A stretch of DNA of 64,000 bases from Euprymna scolopes (GCA_053919585.1 CM132787.1), one strand, 5' to 3'. Numbered from the stretch's first letter, positions 14,801-30,984 are shown. Program-made: numbers and translations. The notes: generated by a model not told the origin, from the sequence alone.

Positions 14801-17261
14801 TAAAAATGAATATTAGAATCTAGCGCTATACTCATAAAAATGAATATTGGAATCTCGTGCTATACTCATAAAAATGAATATTGGAATCTAGTGCTATACT
14901 CATAAAAATTAATATTGGAATCTAGTGCTATACTAATAAAAATTAATATTTGAATCTAGTGGTATACTCATAAAAATGAATATTGGAATCTAGTGCTATA
15001 CTCATAAAAATTAATATTGGAATCTAGTGCTATGCTCATAAAAATAAATATTAGAATGTAGTGCTATACTCATAAACATGAATATTGGAATGTAGTGCTA
15101 TACTCATAAAAATAAATATTGGAATGTACTGCTATACTCATAAAAATAAATATTGGAATGTAGTGCTATACTCATAAAAATGAATATTGAAATCTAGAGC
15201 TATACTCAAAAAAATAAATATTGGAATGTAGTGCTATACTCATATAAATGAATATTGGAATCTTTTGCTATACTCAAAAAAATAAATATTGGAATCTAGT
15301 GCTATACTCAAAAAAATGAATATTGGAATCCAGTGCTGTACTCATAAAAATGCATATAGGAATCTACTGCCATACTCATAAAAATTAATATTGGAATCTA
15401 GTGCTATACTCATAAAAATGAATATTGGAATCTAGTGCTGTACTCAAACAAATAAATATTGGAATGTAGTGCTATACTCATAAAAATGACTATTGGAATC
15501 TAGTGCTATACTCATAAAAATGACTATTGAATTCTAGTGCTATACTCATAAAAATTAACATTGGAATCTAGTGCTATACTCCTAAAAATGAATATTGGAA
15601 TCTAGTGCTATACTCATAAAAATGAATATTGGAATCTAGTGCTATACTCATAAAAATGAATATTAGAATCTAGTGCTATACTCATAAAAATGAATATTGG
15701 AATCTAGTGCTATACTCATAAAAATGAATATTGGAATCTAGTGCTATACTTATAAAAAAGAATATTGGAAACTAGTGCTATACTCATAAAAATTAATATT
15801 GGAATCTAGTGCTATACTCATACAAATAAATATTGGAATCTAGTGCTATACTCATAAAAATGAATATTGGAATCTAGTGCTATACTGCAAAAAATGAATA
15901 TTGGAATCTAGTGATATACTCATAAAAATTAATATTGGAATCTAGTGCTATACTCATAAAAATGAATATTGAAATCTAGTGCTATACTCATAAAAAAGAA
16001 TATTGGAATCTAGTGCTATACTCATAAAAATGAATATGGGAATCTATTGCTATACTCATAAAAATGAATATTGGAATCTAGCGCTATACTCATAAAAATG
16101 AATTTTGGAATCTCGTGCTATACTGATAAAAATGAATATTGGAATCTAGTGCTATACTCATAAAAATGAATATTGGAATCTAGTGCTATACTCATAAAAA
16201 TTAATATTGGAATCGAGTGCTATACTCATAAAAATGAATATTGGAATCTAGTGATATACTCATAAAAATGACTATTAGAATCTAGTGCTATACTCATAAA
16301 CATGAATATTTGAATCTAGTGCTCTACTCAAACAAAAAAATATTGGAATGTAGTGCTATACTCATAAAAATTAATATTGGAATCTAGTGCTATACTCATA
16401 AAAATTAATATTGGAATCTAGTGCTATACTCATAAAAATGAATATTGGAATCTAGTGCTATACTCATAAAAATGAATATTGGAATCTAGTGCTTTACTCA
16501 TAAAAATGAATATTGGAATCTAGCTCTATACTCATAAAAATGAATATTGGAATCTAGTGCTATACTCATAAAAAGGAATATTGGAATCTAGTGCTATACT
16601 CAAAACAAATAAATATTAGAATCTAGTGTTATACTCATAAAAATGAGTATTGGAATTTAGTGCTATACTCATAAAAATGAATATTGGAATCTAGTGCTAT
16701 ACTCATAAAAATGAATATTGGAATCTAGTGCTATACTCATAAAAATGAATATTGGAATCTAGTACTATACTCAAAAAAATAAATATTGGAATGTAGTGCT
16801 ATACTCATAAAAATGACTATTGGAATCTAGTGCTATACTCATAAAAATAAATATTGGAATGTAGTGCTATACTAAAAAAAATGAATAATGGAATCTAGTG
16901 ATATACTCATAAAAATGAATATGGGAATCTAGTGCTATACTCATAAAAATTATTATTGGAATCTAGTGATCTACTAAAACAAAATGAATATTGGAATCTA
17001 GTACTATACTCACAAAATGAATATTGAAATCCAGTGCTATACTCATAAAAATGAATATTGGAATGTAGTGCTATACTCAAAAAATGAACATTGGAATCTA
17101 GTGCTATACTCATAAAAATGAATATTGGAATCTAGTGCTATACGCAAAAAAATGAATATTGGAATCTAGTGCTGTACTCATAAAAATAAATATTGGAATC
17201 TAGTGCTATACTCATAAAAATGAATATTGGAATCTAGTTCTATACTCATAAAAATGAATAT
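11803..17261. repeat. Tandem higher-order duplication, period 2719 bp (~80 monomers) x2
   Basis: CTAGGCATA at 11932/14651 and TGCAAAAAAT at 13167/15886. The two identical 68-aa track ORFs (14188/16907) are also 2719 apart. Confidence 0.93.
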
Positions 17262-17344
17262 TGTGATCTAGTGCTATACTCAAAAAAAAAGAATATTGGA
17301 ATCTAGTTCTATACTCATGAAAATGAATATGGGAATCTAGTGCT

Positions 17345-20300
17345 ATACTCATAAAAATGAATATTGGAATCTAGTGCTATACTCATAAAAATAAATATAG
17401 GAATCTAGTGCTATACTAAAAAAATTCATATAGGAATCTAGTACTATGTTCATAACAATTAATATTGGAATCTAGTGCTATACTCAAAAAAATGAATATT
17501 GGAATCTAGTGTTATACTCATAAAAATGAATATTGGAATCTAGTGCTATACTCATAAAAATGAATATTGGAATCTAGTGATATACTCAAAAAAATGAATA
17601 TTGGAATCTAGTACTATACTCATAAAAATGAATATTGGAATCTAGTGCTATACTCAAAAAAATGAATATTCGAATCTAGAGCTATACTCATGAAAATTTA
17701 TATTGGAATCAAGTGCTATACTCATAAAAATGCATATAGGAATCTAGTACTATGTTCATAACAATTAATATTGGAATCTAGTGCTATACTCAAAAAAATG
17801 AATATTGGAATCTAGTGTTATACTCATAAAAATGAATATTGGAATCTAGTGCTATACTCATAAAAATGAATATTGGAATCTAGTGATATACTCAAAAAAA
17901 ATGAATATTGGAATCTAGTACTATACTCATAAAAATGAATATTGGAATCTAGTGCTATACTCAAAAAAATGAATATTGGAATCTAGAGCTATACTCATAA
18001 AAATGAATATTGGAATCACGTGCTATACTCATAAAAATGAATATTGGAATCTAGTGTTATACTCATAAAAATGAATATTGGAATCTAGTGCTATACTCAT
18101 AAAAATGAATATTGGAATCTAGTGATATACTAAAAAAAAATGAATATTGGAATCTAGTACTATACTCATAAAAATGAATATTTGAATCTAGTGCTATACT
18201 CAAAAAAATGAATATTGGAATCTAGTGATATACTCATAAAAATTTATATTGGAATCAAGTGCTATACTCATAAAAATGAATATTGGAATCTAGTGCTATA
18301 CTATAAAAATGAATATTGGAATCTAGTACTATACTCATAAAAAATAATATTGGAATCTAGTGATATACTCATAAAAATGAATATTGGAATCACGTGCTAT
18401 ACTCATAAAAATGAATATTGGAATCTAGTGCTATACTCATAAAAATGAATATTGGAATCTAGTGCTATACTCAAAAAAATGAATATTGGAGTCTAGTGCT
18501 ATACTCAAAAAAATAAATATTGGAATCTAGTGCTATACTCATAAAGATTAATAATGGAATCTAGTACTATACTCATAAAAATGAATATTGGAATCTAGTG
18601 CTATACTCATAAAAATTAATATTGGAATCAAGTGCTATACTCATAAAAATGAATATTGGAATCTAGTGCTATACTCATAAAAATGAATATTGTAAACTAG
18701 TGCTATACTAATAAAAAAGAATATTGGAAACTAGTGCTATACTCATAAAAATTAATATTGGAATCTAGTGCTATACTCATACAAATTAATATTGGAATCT
18801 AGTGCTATACTCATAAAAATTAATATTGGAATCTAGTGCTATACTCATAAAAATGAATATTGAAATCTAGTGCTATACTCAAAAAAATTAATATTGGAAT
18901 CTAGTGCTATACTCAAAAAAATGAATATTGGTATCTAGTGCTATACTCATAAAAATGAATATTGGAATCAATACTATACTCATAAAAATGAATATTGGAA
19001 TCTAGTGCTATACTCATAAAAATGAATATTGGAATCTAGTGCTATACTCATAAAAATAAATATAGGAATCTAGTGCTATACTAAAAAAATTCATATAGGA
19101 ATCTAGTACTATGTTCATAACAATTAATATTGGAATCTAGTGCTATACGCAAAAAAATGAATATTGGAATCTAGTGTTATACTCATAAAAATGAATATTG
19201 GAATCTAGTGCTATACTCATAAAAATGAATATTGGAATCTAGTGATATACTCAAAAAAAATGAATATTGGAATCTAGTACTATACTCATAAAAATGAATA
19301 TTGGAATCTAGTGCTATACTCAAAAAAATGAATATTGGAATCTAGAGCTATACTCATGAAAATTTATATTGGAATCAAGTGCTATACTCATAAAAATGCA
19401 TATAGGAATCTAGTACTATGTTCATAACAATTAATATTGGAATCTAGTGCTATACTCAAAAAAATGAATATTGGAATCTAGTGTTATACTCATAAAAATG
19501 AATATTGGAATCTAGTGCTATACTCATAAAAATGAATATTGGAATCTAGTGATATACTCAAAAAAAATGAATATTGGAATCTAGTACTATACTCATAAAA
19601 ATGAATATTGGAATCTAGTGCTATACTCAAAAAAATGAATATTGGAATCTAGAGCTATACTCATAAAAATGAATATTGGAATCACGTGCTATACTCATAA
19701 AAATGAATATTGGAATCTAGTGTTATACTCATAAAAATGAATATTGGAATCTAGTGCTATACTCATAAAAATGAATATTGGAATCTAGTGATATACTCAA
19801 AAAAAATGAATATTGGAATCTAGTACTATACTCATAAAAATGAATATTGGAATCTAGTGCTATACTCAAAAAAATGAATATTGGAATCTAGTGATATACT
19901 CATAAAAATTTATATTGGAATCAAGTGCTATACTCATAAAAATGAATATTGGAATCTAGTGCTATACTCATAAAAATGAATATTGGAATCTAGTACTATA
20001 CTCATAAAAATGAATAATGGAATCTAGTGATATACTCATAAAAATGAATATTGGAATCACGTGCTATACTCATAAAAATGAATATTGGAATCTAGTGCTA
20101 TACTCATAAAAATGAATATTGGAATCTAGTGCTATACTCAAAAAAATGAATATTGGAGTCTAGTGCTATACTCAAAAAAATAAATATTAGAATCTAGTGC
20201 TATACTCATAAAGATTAATAATGGAATCTAGTACTATACTCATAAAAATGAATATTGGAATCTAGTGCTATACTCATAAAAATTAATATTGGAATCTAGT

Positions 20301-20590
20301 GCTATACTCATAAAAATGAATATTGGAATCTAGTGCTATACTCATAAAAATGAATATTGTAAACTAGTGCTATACTCATAAAAAAGAATATTGGAAACTA
20401 GTGCTATACTCATAAAAATGAATATTGGAATCTAGTGCTATACTCATACAAATTAATATTGGAATCTAGTGCTATACTCATAAAAATTAATATTGGAATC
20501 TAGTGCTATTCTCATAAAAATGAATATTGAAATCTAGTGCTATACTCAAAAAAATTAATATTGGAATCTAGTGCTATACTCAAAAAAATA
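17345..20590. repeat. Tandem duplication, period ~1665 bp (~49 monomers) x2, containing an older 9-monomer duplication
   Basis: GTACTATGTTCATAACAATT at 17441, 17747, 19106 and 19413 (internal offsets 306/307; outer offsets 1665/1666). Confidence 0.88.
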
Positions 20591-20999
20591 AATATTGGAA
20601 TGTAGTGCTATACTCATAAACATGAATATTGAAATCTAGTGCTATACTCATAAAAATTAATATTGGAATCTAGTGCTATACTCATAAACATGAATATTGG
20701 AATCTAGTGCTATACTCATAAAAATAAATATTGGAATCTAGTGCTATACTCATAAAAATGAATATTGGAATCTAGTGCTATACTCATAAAAATGAATAGT
20801 GGAATCTAGTGCTATACTCAAAAAAATGAATATTGGAATCTAGTGTTATACTCAAAAAAAACAATATTGGAATCTAGTGCTATACTCATAAAAATCATTA
20901 ATGGAATCTAGTACTATACTAATAAAAAATAATATGGGAATCTAGTGCTATACTCATAAAAATGAATATTGGAATCTAGTGCTATACTCATAAAAATGA

Positions 21000-23900
21000 A
21001 TATTGGAATCTAGTGCTATACTCATACTAATGAATTTTGGAATCTAGTGCTATACTCATAAAAAAGATATTGGAAACTAGTGCTATACTCATAAAAATGA
21101 ATATTGGAATCTAGTGCTATACTCATACAAATGAATATTGGAATCTAGTGCTATACTTATAAAAATGAATATTGAAATCTAGGTCTATACTCAAAGAAAT
21201 GAATATTGGAATCTAGTGCTATACTCATAAAAATGAATATTGGAATCTAGTGATATACTCATAAAAATGAATATTGGAATCTAGTGCTATACTCATAAAA
21301 ATGAATATTGGAATCTAGTGCTATACTCATGAAAAGGAATATTGGAATCTAGTGCTATACTCATAAAAATGAATATTTGAATCTATTGCTATACTCATAA
21401 AAATGTATATTGGAATCTAGCGCTATACTCATAAAAATGAATATTTCAATCTCGTACTATACTCATAACAATGAATATTGGAATCTAGTGCTATACTCAT
21501 AAAAATTAATATTGGAATCTAGTGCTATACTCATAAAAATTAATATTGGAATCTAGTGCTATACTCATAAAAATGAATATTGGAATCTAGTGCTATACTC
21601 ATAAAATGACTATTAGAATCTAGTGCTATACTCATAAACATAAATATTGGAATCTAGTGCTATACTAAAAAAAATAAATATTGGAATGTAGTGCTATACT
21701 CATACAAATTAATATTGAAATCTAGTGCTATACTCATAAAAATTAATATTGAAATCTAGTGCTATACTCATAAAAATAAATATTAGAATGTAGTGCTATA
21801 CTCATTAACATGAACATTGGAAACAAGTGCTATACTCATAAAAATAAATATTGGAATGTAGTGATATACTCATAAAAATTAATATTGGAATGTAGTGCTA
21901 TACTCATAAAAATTAATATTGGAATCTAGTGCTATACTCAAAAAAATAAATATTGGAATGTACTGCTATACGCATAAAAATGAATATTGGAATCTTTTGC
22001 TATACTCAGAAAAATAAATATTGGAATCTAGTGCTATACTCAAAAAAAATGAATATTGGAATCCAGTGCTGTACTCATAAAAATGAATATTGGAATCTAG
22101 TGCTATACTCATAAAAATGAATATTGGTATCTAGTGCTATACTCATAAAAATGAATATTGGAATCTAGTGCTGTACTCAAACAAATAAATATTGGAATCT
22201 AGTGCTATACTCATAAAAGAGAATATTAGAATCTAGTGCTATACTCATAAAAATTAATATTGAATTCTAGTGCTATACTCATAAAAATGAATATTGGAAT
22301 CTAGTGCTATACTCATAAAAATGAATATTGGAATCTAGTGCTATACTCATAAAAATGAATATTGGAATCTAGTGCTATACTCAAAAAAATGAATATTGGA
22401 GTCTAGTGCTATACTCAAAATAATAAATATTGGAATCTAGTGCTATACTCATAAAAATTAATAATGGAATCTAGTACTATACTCATAAAAATGAATATTG
22501 GAATCTAGTGCTATACTCATAAAAATGAGTATTGGAATCTAGTGCTATACTCATAAAAATGAATATTGGAATCTAGTGCTATACTCATAAAAATGAATAT
22601 TGGAATCTAGTGCTGTACTCATAAAAAAGAATATTGGAAACTAGTGCTATACTCATAAAAATGAATATTGGAATCTAGTTCTATACTAATAAAAATGAAT
22701 ATTGGAATCTAGTGCTATACTCATAAAAATGAATATAGGAATCTAGTGCTATACTCATAAAAATGAATATTTAAATCTAGTGCTATACTCAAAAAAATAA
22801 ATAGTGGAATCTAGTGCTATACCCCAAAAAATGAATATTGGTATCTAGTGCTATACTCATAAAAATGAATATTGGAATCAATACTATACTCATAAAAATG
22901 AATATTGGAATCTAGTGCTATACTCATAAACATGAATATTGGAATCTAGTGCTATACTCATAAAAATGAATATTGGAATCTAGTGCTATACTCATAAAAA
23001 TGAATATTGGAATCTAGTGCTATACTCATAAAAATTAATAGTGGAATCTAGTGCCATACTCAAAAAAATGAATATTGGAATCTAGTACTATACTCAAAAA
23101 AAAACAATATCGGAATCTAGTGCTATACTCATAAAAATTAATAATGGAATCTAGTACTATACTAATAAAAATGAATATGGGAATCTAGTGCTATACTCAT
23201 AAAAATGAATATTGGAATCTAGTGCTATACTCATAAAAATGAATATTGGAATCTAGTGCTATAGTTATACAAATGAATTTTGGAATCTAGTGCTATACTC
23301 ATAAAAATGATATTGGAAACTAGTGCTATACTCATAAAAATGAATATTGGAATCTACTGCTATACTCATACAAATGAATATTGGAATTTAGTGCTATACT
23401 CATAAAAATGAATATTGAAATCTAGTGCTATACTCATAAAAATGAATATTGAAATCTAGGTCTATACTCAAAGAAATGAATATTGGAATCTAGTGCTATA
23501 CTCATAAAAATGAATATTGGAATCTAGTGCTATACTCATAAAAATGAATATTGGAATCTAGTGCTATACTCATAAAAATGAATATTGGAATCTAGTGCTA
23601 TACTCATAAAAATGAATATTGGAATCTAGTGCTATACTCATAAAACAGAATATTGGAAACTAGTGCTATACTCATAAAAATGAATATTTGAATCTATTGC
23701 TATACTCATAAAAATGAATATTGGAATCTAGCGCTATACTCATAAAAATGAATATTGGAATCTAGTGCTATACTCATAAAAATGAATATTGGAATCTATT
23801 GCTATACTCAAAAAAAATGAATATTAAAATCTAGTACTATACTCATAAAAATGAATATTGGAATCTAGTGCTATACTCAAAAAAATGAATATTGGAATCT

Positions 23901-26900
23901 AGAGCTATACTCATGAAAATGAATATTGGAATCTAGTGATATACTCATAAAAATTAATATTGGAATCAAGTGCTCTACTCATAAAAATGAATATTGGAAT
24001 CTAGTGCTATACTCATAAAAATGAATATTGGAATCTAGTACTATTCTCATAAAAATGAATATTGGAATCTAGTGATATACTCATAAAAATGAATATTGGA
24101 ATCACGTGCTATACTCATAAAAATGAATATTGGAATCTAGTGCTATACTCATAAAAATGAATATTGGAATCTAGTGCTATACTCAAAAAAATGAATATTG
24201 GAGTCTAGTGCTATACTCAAAAAAATAAATATTGGAATCTAGTGCTATACTCATAAAGATTAATAATGGAATCTAGTACTATACTCATAAAAATGAATAT
24301 TGGAATCTAGTGCTATACTCATAAAAATTAATATTGGAATCTAGTGCTATACTCATAAAAATGAATATTGGAATCTAGTGCTATACTCATAAAAATGAAT
24401 ATTGGAATCTAGTGCTATACTCATAAAAAAGAATATTGGAAACTAGTGCTATACTCATAAAAATTAATATTCGAATCTAGTGCTATACTCATACAAATTA
24501 ATATTGGAATCTAGTGCTATACTCAAAAAAATGAATATTGGTATCTAGTGCTATACTCATAAAAATGAATATGTGAATCAATACTATACTCATAAAAATG
24601 AATATTGGAATCTAGTGCTATACTCATAAACATGAATATTGGAATCTAGTGCTATACTCATAAAAATAAATATTGGAATCTAGTGCTATACTCATAAAAA
24701 TGAATATTGGAATCTAGTGCTATACTCATACAAATGAATTTTGGAATCTAGTGCTATACTCATAAAAAAGATATTGGAAACTAGTGCTATACTCATAAAA
24801 ATGAATATTGGAATCTAGTGCTATACTCATACAAATGAATATTGGAATCTAGTGCTATACTTATAAAAATGAATAATGGAATCTAGTGCTATACTCATAA
24901 AAATGAATATTGAAATCTAGGTCTATACTCAAAGAAATGAATATTGGAATCTAGTGCTGTACTCATAAAAATGAATATTGGTATCTAGTGCTATACTCAT
25001 AAAAATTAATATTGGAATCTAGTGCTATACTCATAAAAATGAATATTGGAATCTAGTGCTATACTCATGAAAATGAATATTGGAATCTAGTGCTATACTC
25101 ATAAAAATGAATATTTGAATCTATTGCTATACTCATAAAAATGTATATTGGAATCTAGCGCTATACTCATAAAAATGAATATTTCAATCTCGTGCTATAC
25201 TCATAACAATGAATATTGGAATTTAGTGCTATACTCATAAAAATTAATATTGGAATCTAGTGCTATACTCATAAAAATTAATATTGGAATCTAGTGCTAT
25301 ACTCATAAAAATGAATATTGGAATCTAGTGCTATACTCATAAAATGACTATTAGAATCTAGTGCTATACTCATAAACATGAATATTGGAATCTAGTGCTA
25401 TACTAAAAAAAATAAATATTGGAATGTAGTGCTATACTCATAAAAATTAATATTGGAATCTAGTGCTATACTCATAAAAATTAATATTGGAATCTAGTGC
25501 TATACTCATAAAAATAAATATTAGAATGTAGTGCTATACTCATAAACATGAACATTGGAAACAAGTGCTATACTCATAAAAATAAATATTGGAATATAGT
25601 GCTATACTTATAAAAATTAATATTGGAATGTAGTGCTATACTCATAAAAATTAATATTGGAATCTAGTGCTATACTCAAAAAAATAAATATTGGAATGTA
25701 CTGCTATACTCATAAAAATGAATATTGGAATCTTTTGCTGTACTCAAACAAATAAATATTGGAATCTAGTGCTATACTCATAAAAGAGAATATTAGAATC
25801 TAGTGCTATACTCATAAAAATTAATATTGAATTCTAGTGCTATACTCATAAAAATGAATATTGGAATCTAGTGCTATACTCATAAAAATAAATATTGGAA
25901 TCTAGTGCTATACTCATAAAAATGAATATTGGAATCTAGTGCTTTACTCAAAAAAATGAATATTGGGATCTAGTGCTATACTCAAAAAAATAAATATTGG
26001 AATCTAGTGCTATACTCATAAAAATTAATAATGGAATCTAGTACTATACTCATAAAAATTAATATTGGAATCTAGTGCTATACTCATAAAAATTAATATT
26101 GGAATCTAGTGCTATACTCATAAAAATGAATATTGGAATCTAGTGCTATACTCATAAAAATGAATATTGGAATCTAGTGCTGTACTCATAAAAAAGAATA
26201 TTGGAAACTAGTGCTATACTCCTAAAAATGAATATTGGAATCTAGTTCTATACTAATAAAAATGAATATTGGAATCTAGTGCTATACTCATAAAAATGAA
26301 TATAGGAATCTAGTGCTATACTCATAAAAATGAATATTGAAATCTAGTGCTATACTCAAAAAAATAAATAGTGGAATCTAGTGCTATACCCAAAAAAATG
26401 AATATTGGTATCTAGTGCTATACTCATAAAAATGAATATTGGAATCAATACTATACTCATAAAAATGAATATTGGAATCTAGTGCTATACTCATAAACAT
26501 GAATATTGGAATCTAGTGCTATACTCATAAAAATTAATATTGGAATCTAGTGCTATACTCATAAAAATGAATATTGGAATCTAGTGCTATACTCATAAAA
26601 ATGAATAGTGGAATCTAGTGCTATACTCAAAAAAATGAATATTGGAATCTAGTACTATACTCAAAAAAAACAATATCGGAATCTAGTGCTATACTCATAA
26701 AAATTAATAATGGAATCTAGTACTATACTAATAAAAATGAATATGGGAATCTAGTGCTATACTCATAAAAATAAATATTGGAATCTAGTGCTATACTCAT
26801 AAAAATGAATATTGGAATCTAGTGCTATAGTTATACAAATGAATTTTGGAATCTAGTGCTATACTCATAAAAAAGATATTGGAAACTAGTGCTATACTCA

Positions 26901-27310
26901 TAAAAATGAATATTGGAATCTACTGCTATACTCATACAAATGAATATTGGAATTTAGTGCTATACTCATAAAAATGAATATTGAAATCTAGTGCTATACT
27001 CATAAAAATGAATATTGAAATCTAGGTCTATACTCAAAGAAATGAATATTGGAATCTAGTGCTATACTCATAAAAATGAATATTGGAATCTAGTGCTATA
27101 CTCATAAAAATGAATATTGGAATCTAGTGCTATACTCATAAAAATGAATATTGGAATCTAGTGCTATACTCATAAAAATTAATATTGGAATCTAGTGCTA
27201 TACTCATAAAAAAGAATATTGGAAACTAGTGCTATACTCATAAAAATAAATATTTGAATCTATTGCTATACTCATAAAAATGAATATTGGAATCTAGCGC
27301 TATACTCATA
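21000..27310. repeat. Duplicated satellite block ~21000-23750 vs ~24720-27310 (offset 3738, then ~3566)
   Basis: AGGTCTATACTCAAAGAAAT at 21181/24919 and 23458/27024. ATAGTTATAC at 23261/26827. Confidence 0.85.
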
Positions 27311-30300
27311 AAAATGAATATTTCAATCTCGTGCTATAATCATAACAATGAATATTGGAATCTAGTGCTATACTCATAAAAATTAATATTGGAATCTAGT
27401 GCTCTACTCATAAAAATTAATATTGGAATCTAGTGCTATACTCATAAAAATGAATATTGGAATCTAGTGCTATACTCATAAAATGACTATTAGAATCTAG
27501 TGCTATACTCATAAACATGAATATTGGAATCTAGTGCTATACTTAAAAAAAAAATATTGGAATGTAGTGCTATACTCATAAAAATGAATATTGGAATCTA
27601 GTGCTATACTCATAAAAATTAATATTGGAATCTAGTGCTATACTAATAAAAATAAATCTTAGAATGTAGTGCTATACTCATAAACATTAACATTGGAAAC
27701 TAGTGCTATACTCATAAAAATAAATATTGGAATGTAGTGCTATACTCATAAAAATTATTATTGGAATGTAGTGCTATACTCATAAAAATGAATATTGGAA
27801 TCTAGTGCTATACTCAAAAAAATAAATATTGGAATGTACTGCTATACTCATTAAAATGAATATTGGAATCTTTTGCTATACTCAGAAAAATAAATATTGG
27901 AATCTAGTGTTATACTAAAAAAAAATGAATATTGGAATCCAGTGCTGTACTCATAAAAATGAATATTGGAATCTAGTGCTATACTCATAAAAATGAATAT
28001 TGGAATCTAGTGCTATACTCATAAAAATGAATATTGGAATCTAGTGCTATACTCATAAAAAAGAATATTGGAAACTAGTGCTATACAGATAAAAATGAAT
28101 ATTTGAATCTATTGCTATACTCATAAAAATTAATATTGGAATCTAGCGCTATACTCATAAAAATTAATATAGGAATCTGGTGCTATACTCAGAAAAGAGA
28201 ATATTAGAATCTAGTGCTATACTCATAAAAATTAATATTGAATTCTAGTGCTATACTCATAAAAATTAACATCGGAATCTAGTGCTATACTCATAAAAAT
28301 AAATATTGGAATCTAGTGCTATACTCAGAAAAGAGAATATTAGTATCTAGTGCTATACTCATAAAAATTAATATTGGAATCTAGTGCTATACTCATAAAA
28401 ATGAATATTGGAATCTAGTGCTATACTCATAAAAATGAATATTGGAATCTAGTGCTATACTCATAAAAAAGAATATTGGAAACTAGTGCTATTCTCATAA
28501 AAATGAATATTTGAATCTATTGCTATACTCATAAAAATGAATATTGGAATCTAGCGCTATACTCATAAAAATTAATATTGGAATCTCGTGCTATACTCAT
28601 AAAAATGAATATTGGAATCTAGTGCTATACTCATAAAAATTAATATTGGAATCTAGTGTTATACTCATAAAAATTAATATTGGAATCTAGTGCTATACTC
28701 ATAAAAATGAATATTGGAATCTAGTGCTATACTCATAAGAATGACTATTAGAATCTAGTGCTATACTCAAAAACATGAATATTGGAATCTAGTGATGTAC
28801 TCAAAAAAATAAATATTGGAATGTAGTGCTATACTCATAAAAATGAATATTGGAATCTAGTGCTATACTCATAAAAATTAATATTGGAATCTAGTGCTAT
28901 ACTCATAAAAATAAATATTAGAATGTAGTGCTATACTCATAAACATGAATATTGAAATCTAGTGCTATACTCATACAAATTAATTTTGGAATCTAGTGCT
29001 ATACTCATAAAATTAAATATTGGAATGTAGTGCTATACTCATAAAAATGAATATTGGAATCTAGTGCTATACTCAAAAAAATAAATATTGGAATGTAGTG
29101 CTATACTCATAAAAATGAATATTGGAATCTTTTGCTATACTCAGAAAAATAAATATTGGAATCTAGTGCTATACTCAAAAAAAATGAATATTGGAATCCA
29201 GTGCTATACTCATAAAAATGAATATTGGAATCTAGTGCTATACTCATAAAAATGAATATTGGAATCTAGTGCTATACTCATAAAAATGAATATTGGAATC
29301 TAGTGCTGTACTCAAACAAATAAATATTGGAATCTAGTGCTATACTCATGAAAATGAATATTAGAATCTAGTGCTATACTCATTAAAATTAATATTGAAT
29401 TCTAGTGCTATACTAATAAAAATTTACATTGGAATCTAGTTCTATACTCATAAAAATGAATATTGGAATCTAGTGCTATACTCATAAAAATGAATATTGA
29501 AATCTAGTGCTACACTCATAAAAATGAATATTGGAATCTAGTGCTATACTCATAAAAATGAATATTGGAATCTAGTGCTATACTCATAAAAATGAATATT
29601 GGAATCTAGTGCTATACTCATAAAAAAGAATATTGGAAACTAGTGCTATACTCATAAAAATTAATATTGGAATCTAGTGCTATACTCATACAAATGAATA
29701 TTGGAATCTAGTGCTATACTCATAAAAATGAATATTGGAATCTAGTGCTATACTCCAACAAATGAATATTGGAATCTAGTGCTATACTCATAAGAATGAA
29801 TATTGGAATCACGTGCTATACTCATAAAAATGAATATTGGAATCTAGTGCTATACTCACAAAAAAGACTATTGGAATCTAGTGCTATACTCATAAAAATG
29901 AATATGGGAATCTATTGCTATACTCATAAAAATGAATATTGGAATCTAGCGCTATACTCATAAAAATTTATTTTGGAATCTCGTGCTATACTGATAAAAA
30001 TGAATATTGGAATCTAGTGCTATACTCATAAAAATGAATATTGGAATCTAGTGCTATACTCATAAAAATTAATATTGGAATCTAGTGCTATACTCATAAA
30101 AATGAATATTGGAATGTAGTGCTATACTCATAAAAATGACTATTAGAATCTAGTGCTATACTCATAAACATGAATATTGGAATCTAGTGCTATACTCAAA
30201 CAAATAAATATTGGAATGTAGTGCTATACTCATAAAAATGAATATTGGAATCTAGTGCTATACTCAAAAAATTAATATTTGAATCTAGTGCTATACTCAT

Positions 30301-30984
30301 AACAATAATTAATGGAATCCAGTGCTATACTCATAAAAATGAATATTGGAATCTAGTGCTATACTCATAAAAAGGAATATTGGAATCTAGTGCTATACTC
30401 ATAAAAAAGAATATTGGAAACTAGTGCTATACTCATAAAAATGAATATTGGAATCTAATGCTATACTCATAAAAATGAATATTGGAATCTAGGGCTATAC
30501 TCATAAAAATAAATATTGGAATCTATTGCTATACTCATAAAAATGAATATTGAATCATGGGTTATACTCATAAAAATGAATATTGGAATCTAGTGCTATA
30601 CTCATAAAAATGAATATTGGAATCTAGTGTTATACTCATAAAAATGAATATTGGAATCTAGTGCTATACTCATAAAAATTAATATTGGAATCTAGTGCTA
30701 TACTCAAAAAAATTAATATTGGAATGTAGTGCTATACTCATAAAAATGCATATTCGAATCTAGTGCTATACTCATAAAAATGAATATTGGAATCTAGTGC
30801 TATACTCATAAAAATGAATATTGGAATCTAGTGCAATACTCATAAAAATGAATATTGGAATCTAGGGCTATACTCATAAAAATGAATATTGGAATCTAGT
30901 GCTATACTCATAAAAATAAATATTGGAATGCAGTGCTATACTCATAAAAATTAATATCGGAATCTAGTGCTATACTCATAAAAA

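Noticed and set aside
16907-17113. Second identical 68-aa ORF
   Set aside because: Identity is explained by the 2719-bp satellite duplication, not by coding constraint.
29769-29963. 64-aa plus-strand ORF
   Set aside because: Satellite-derived periodic peptide with a non-ATG (TTG) start.
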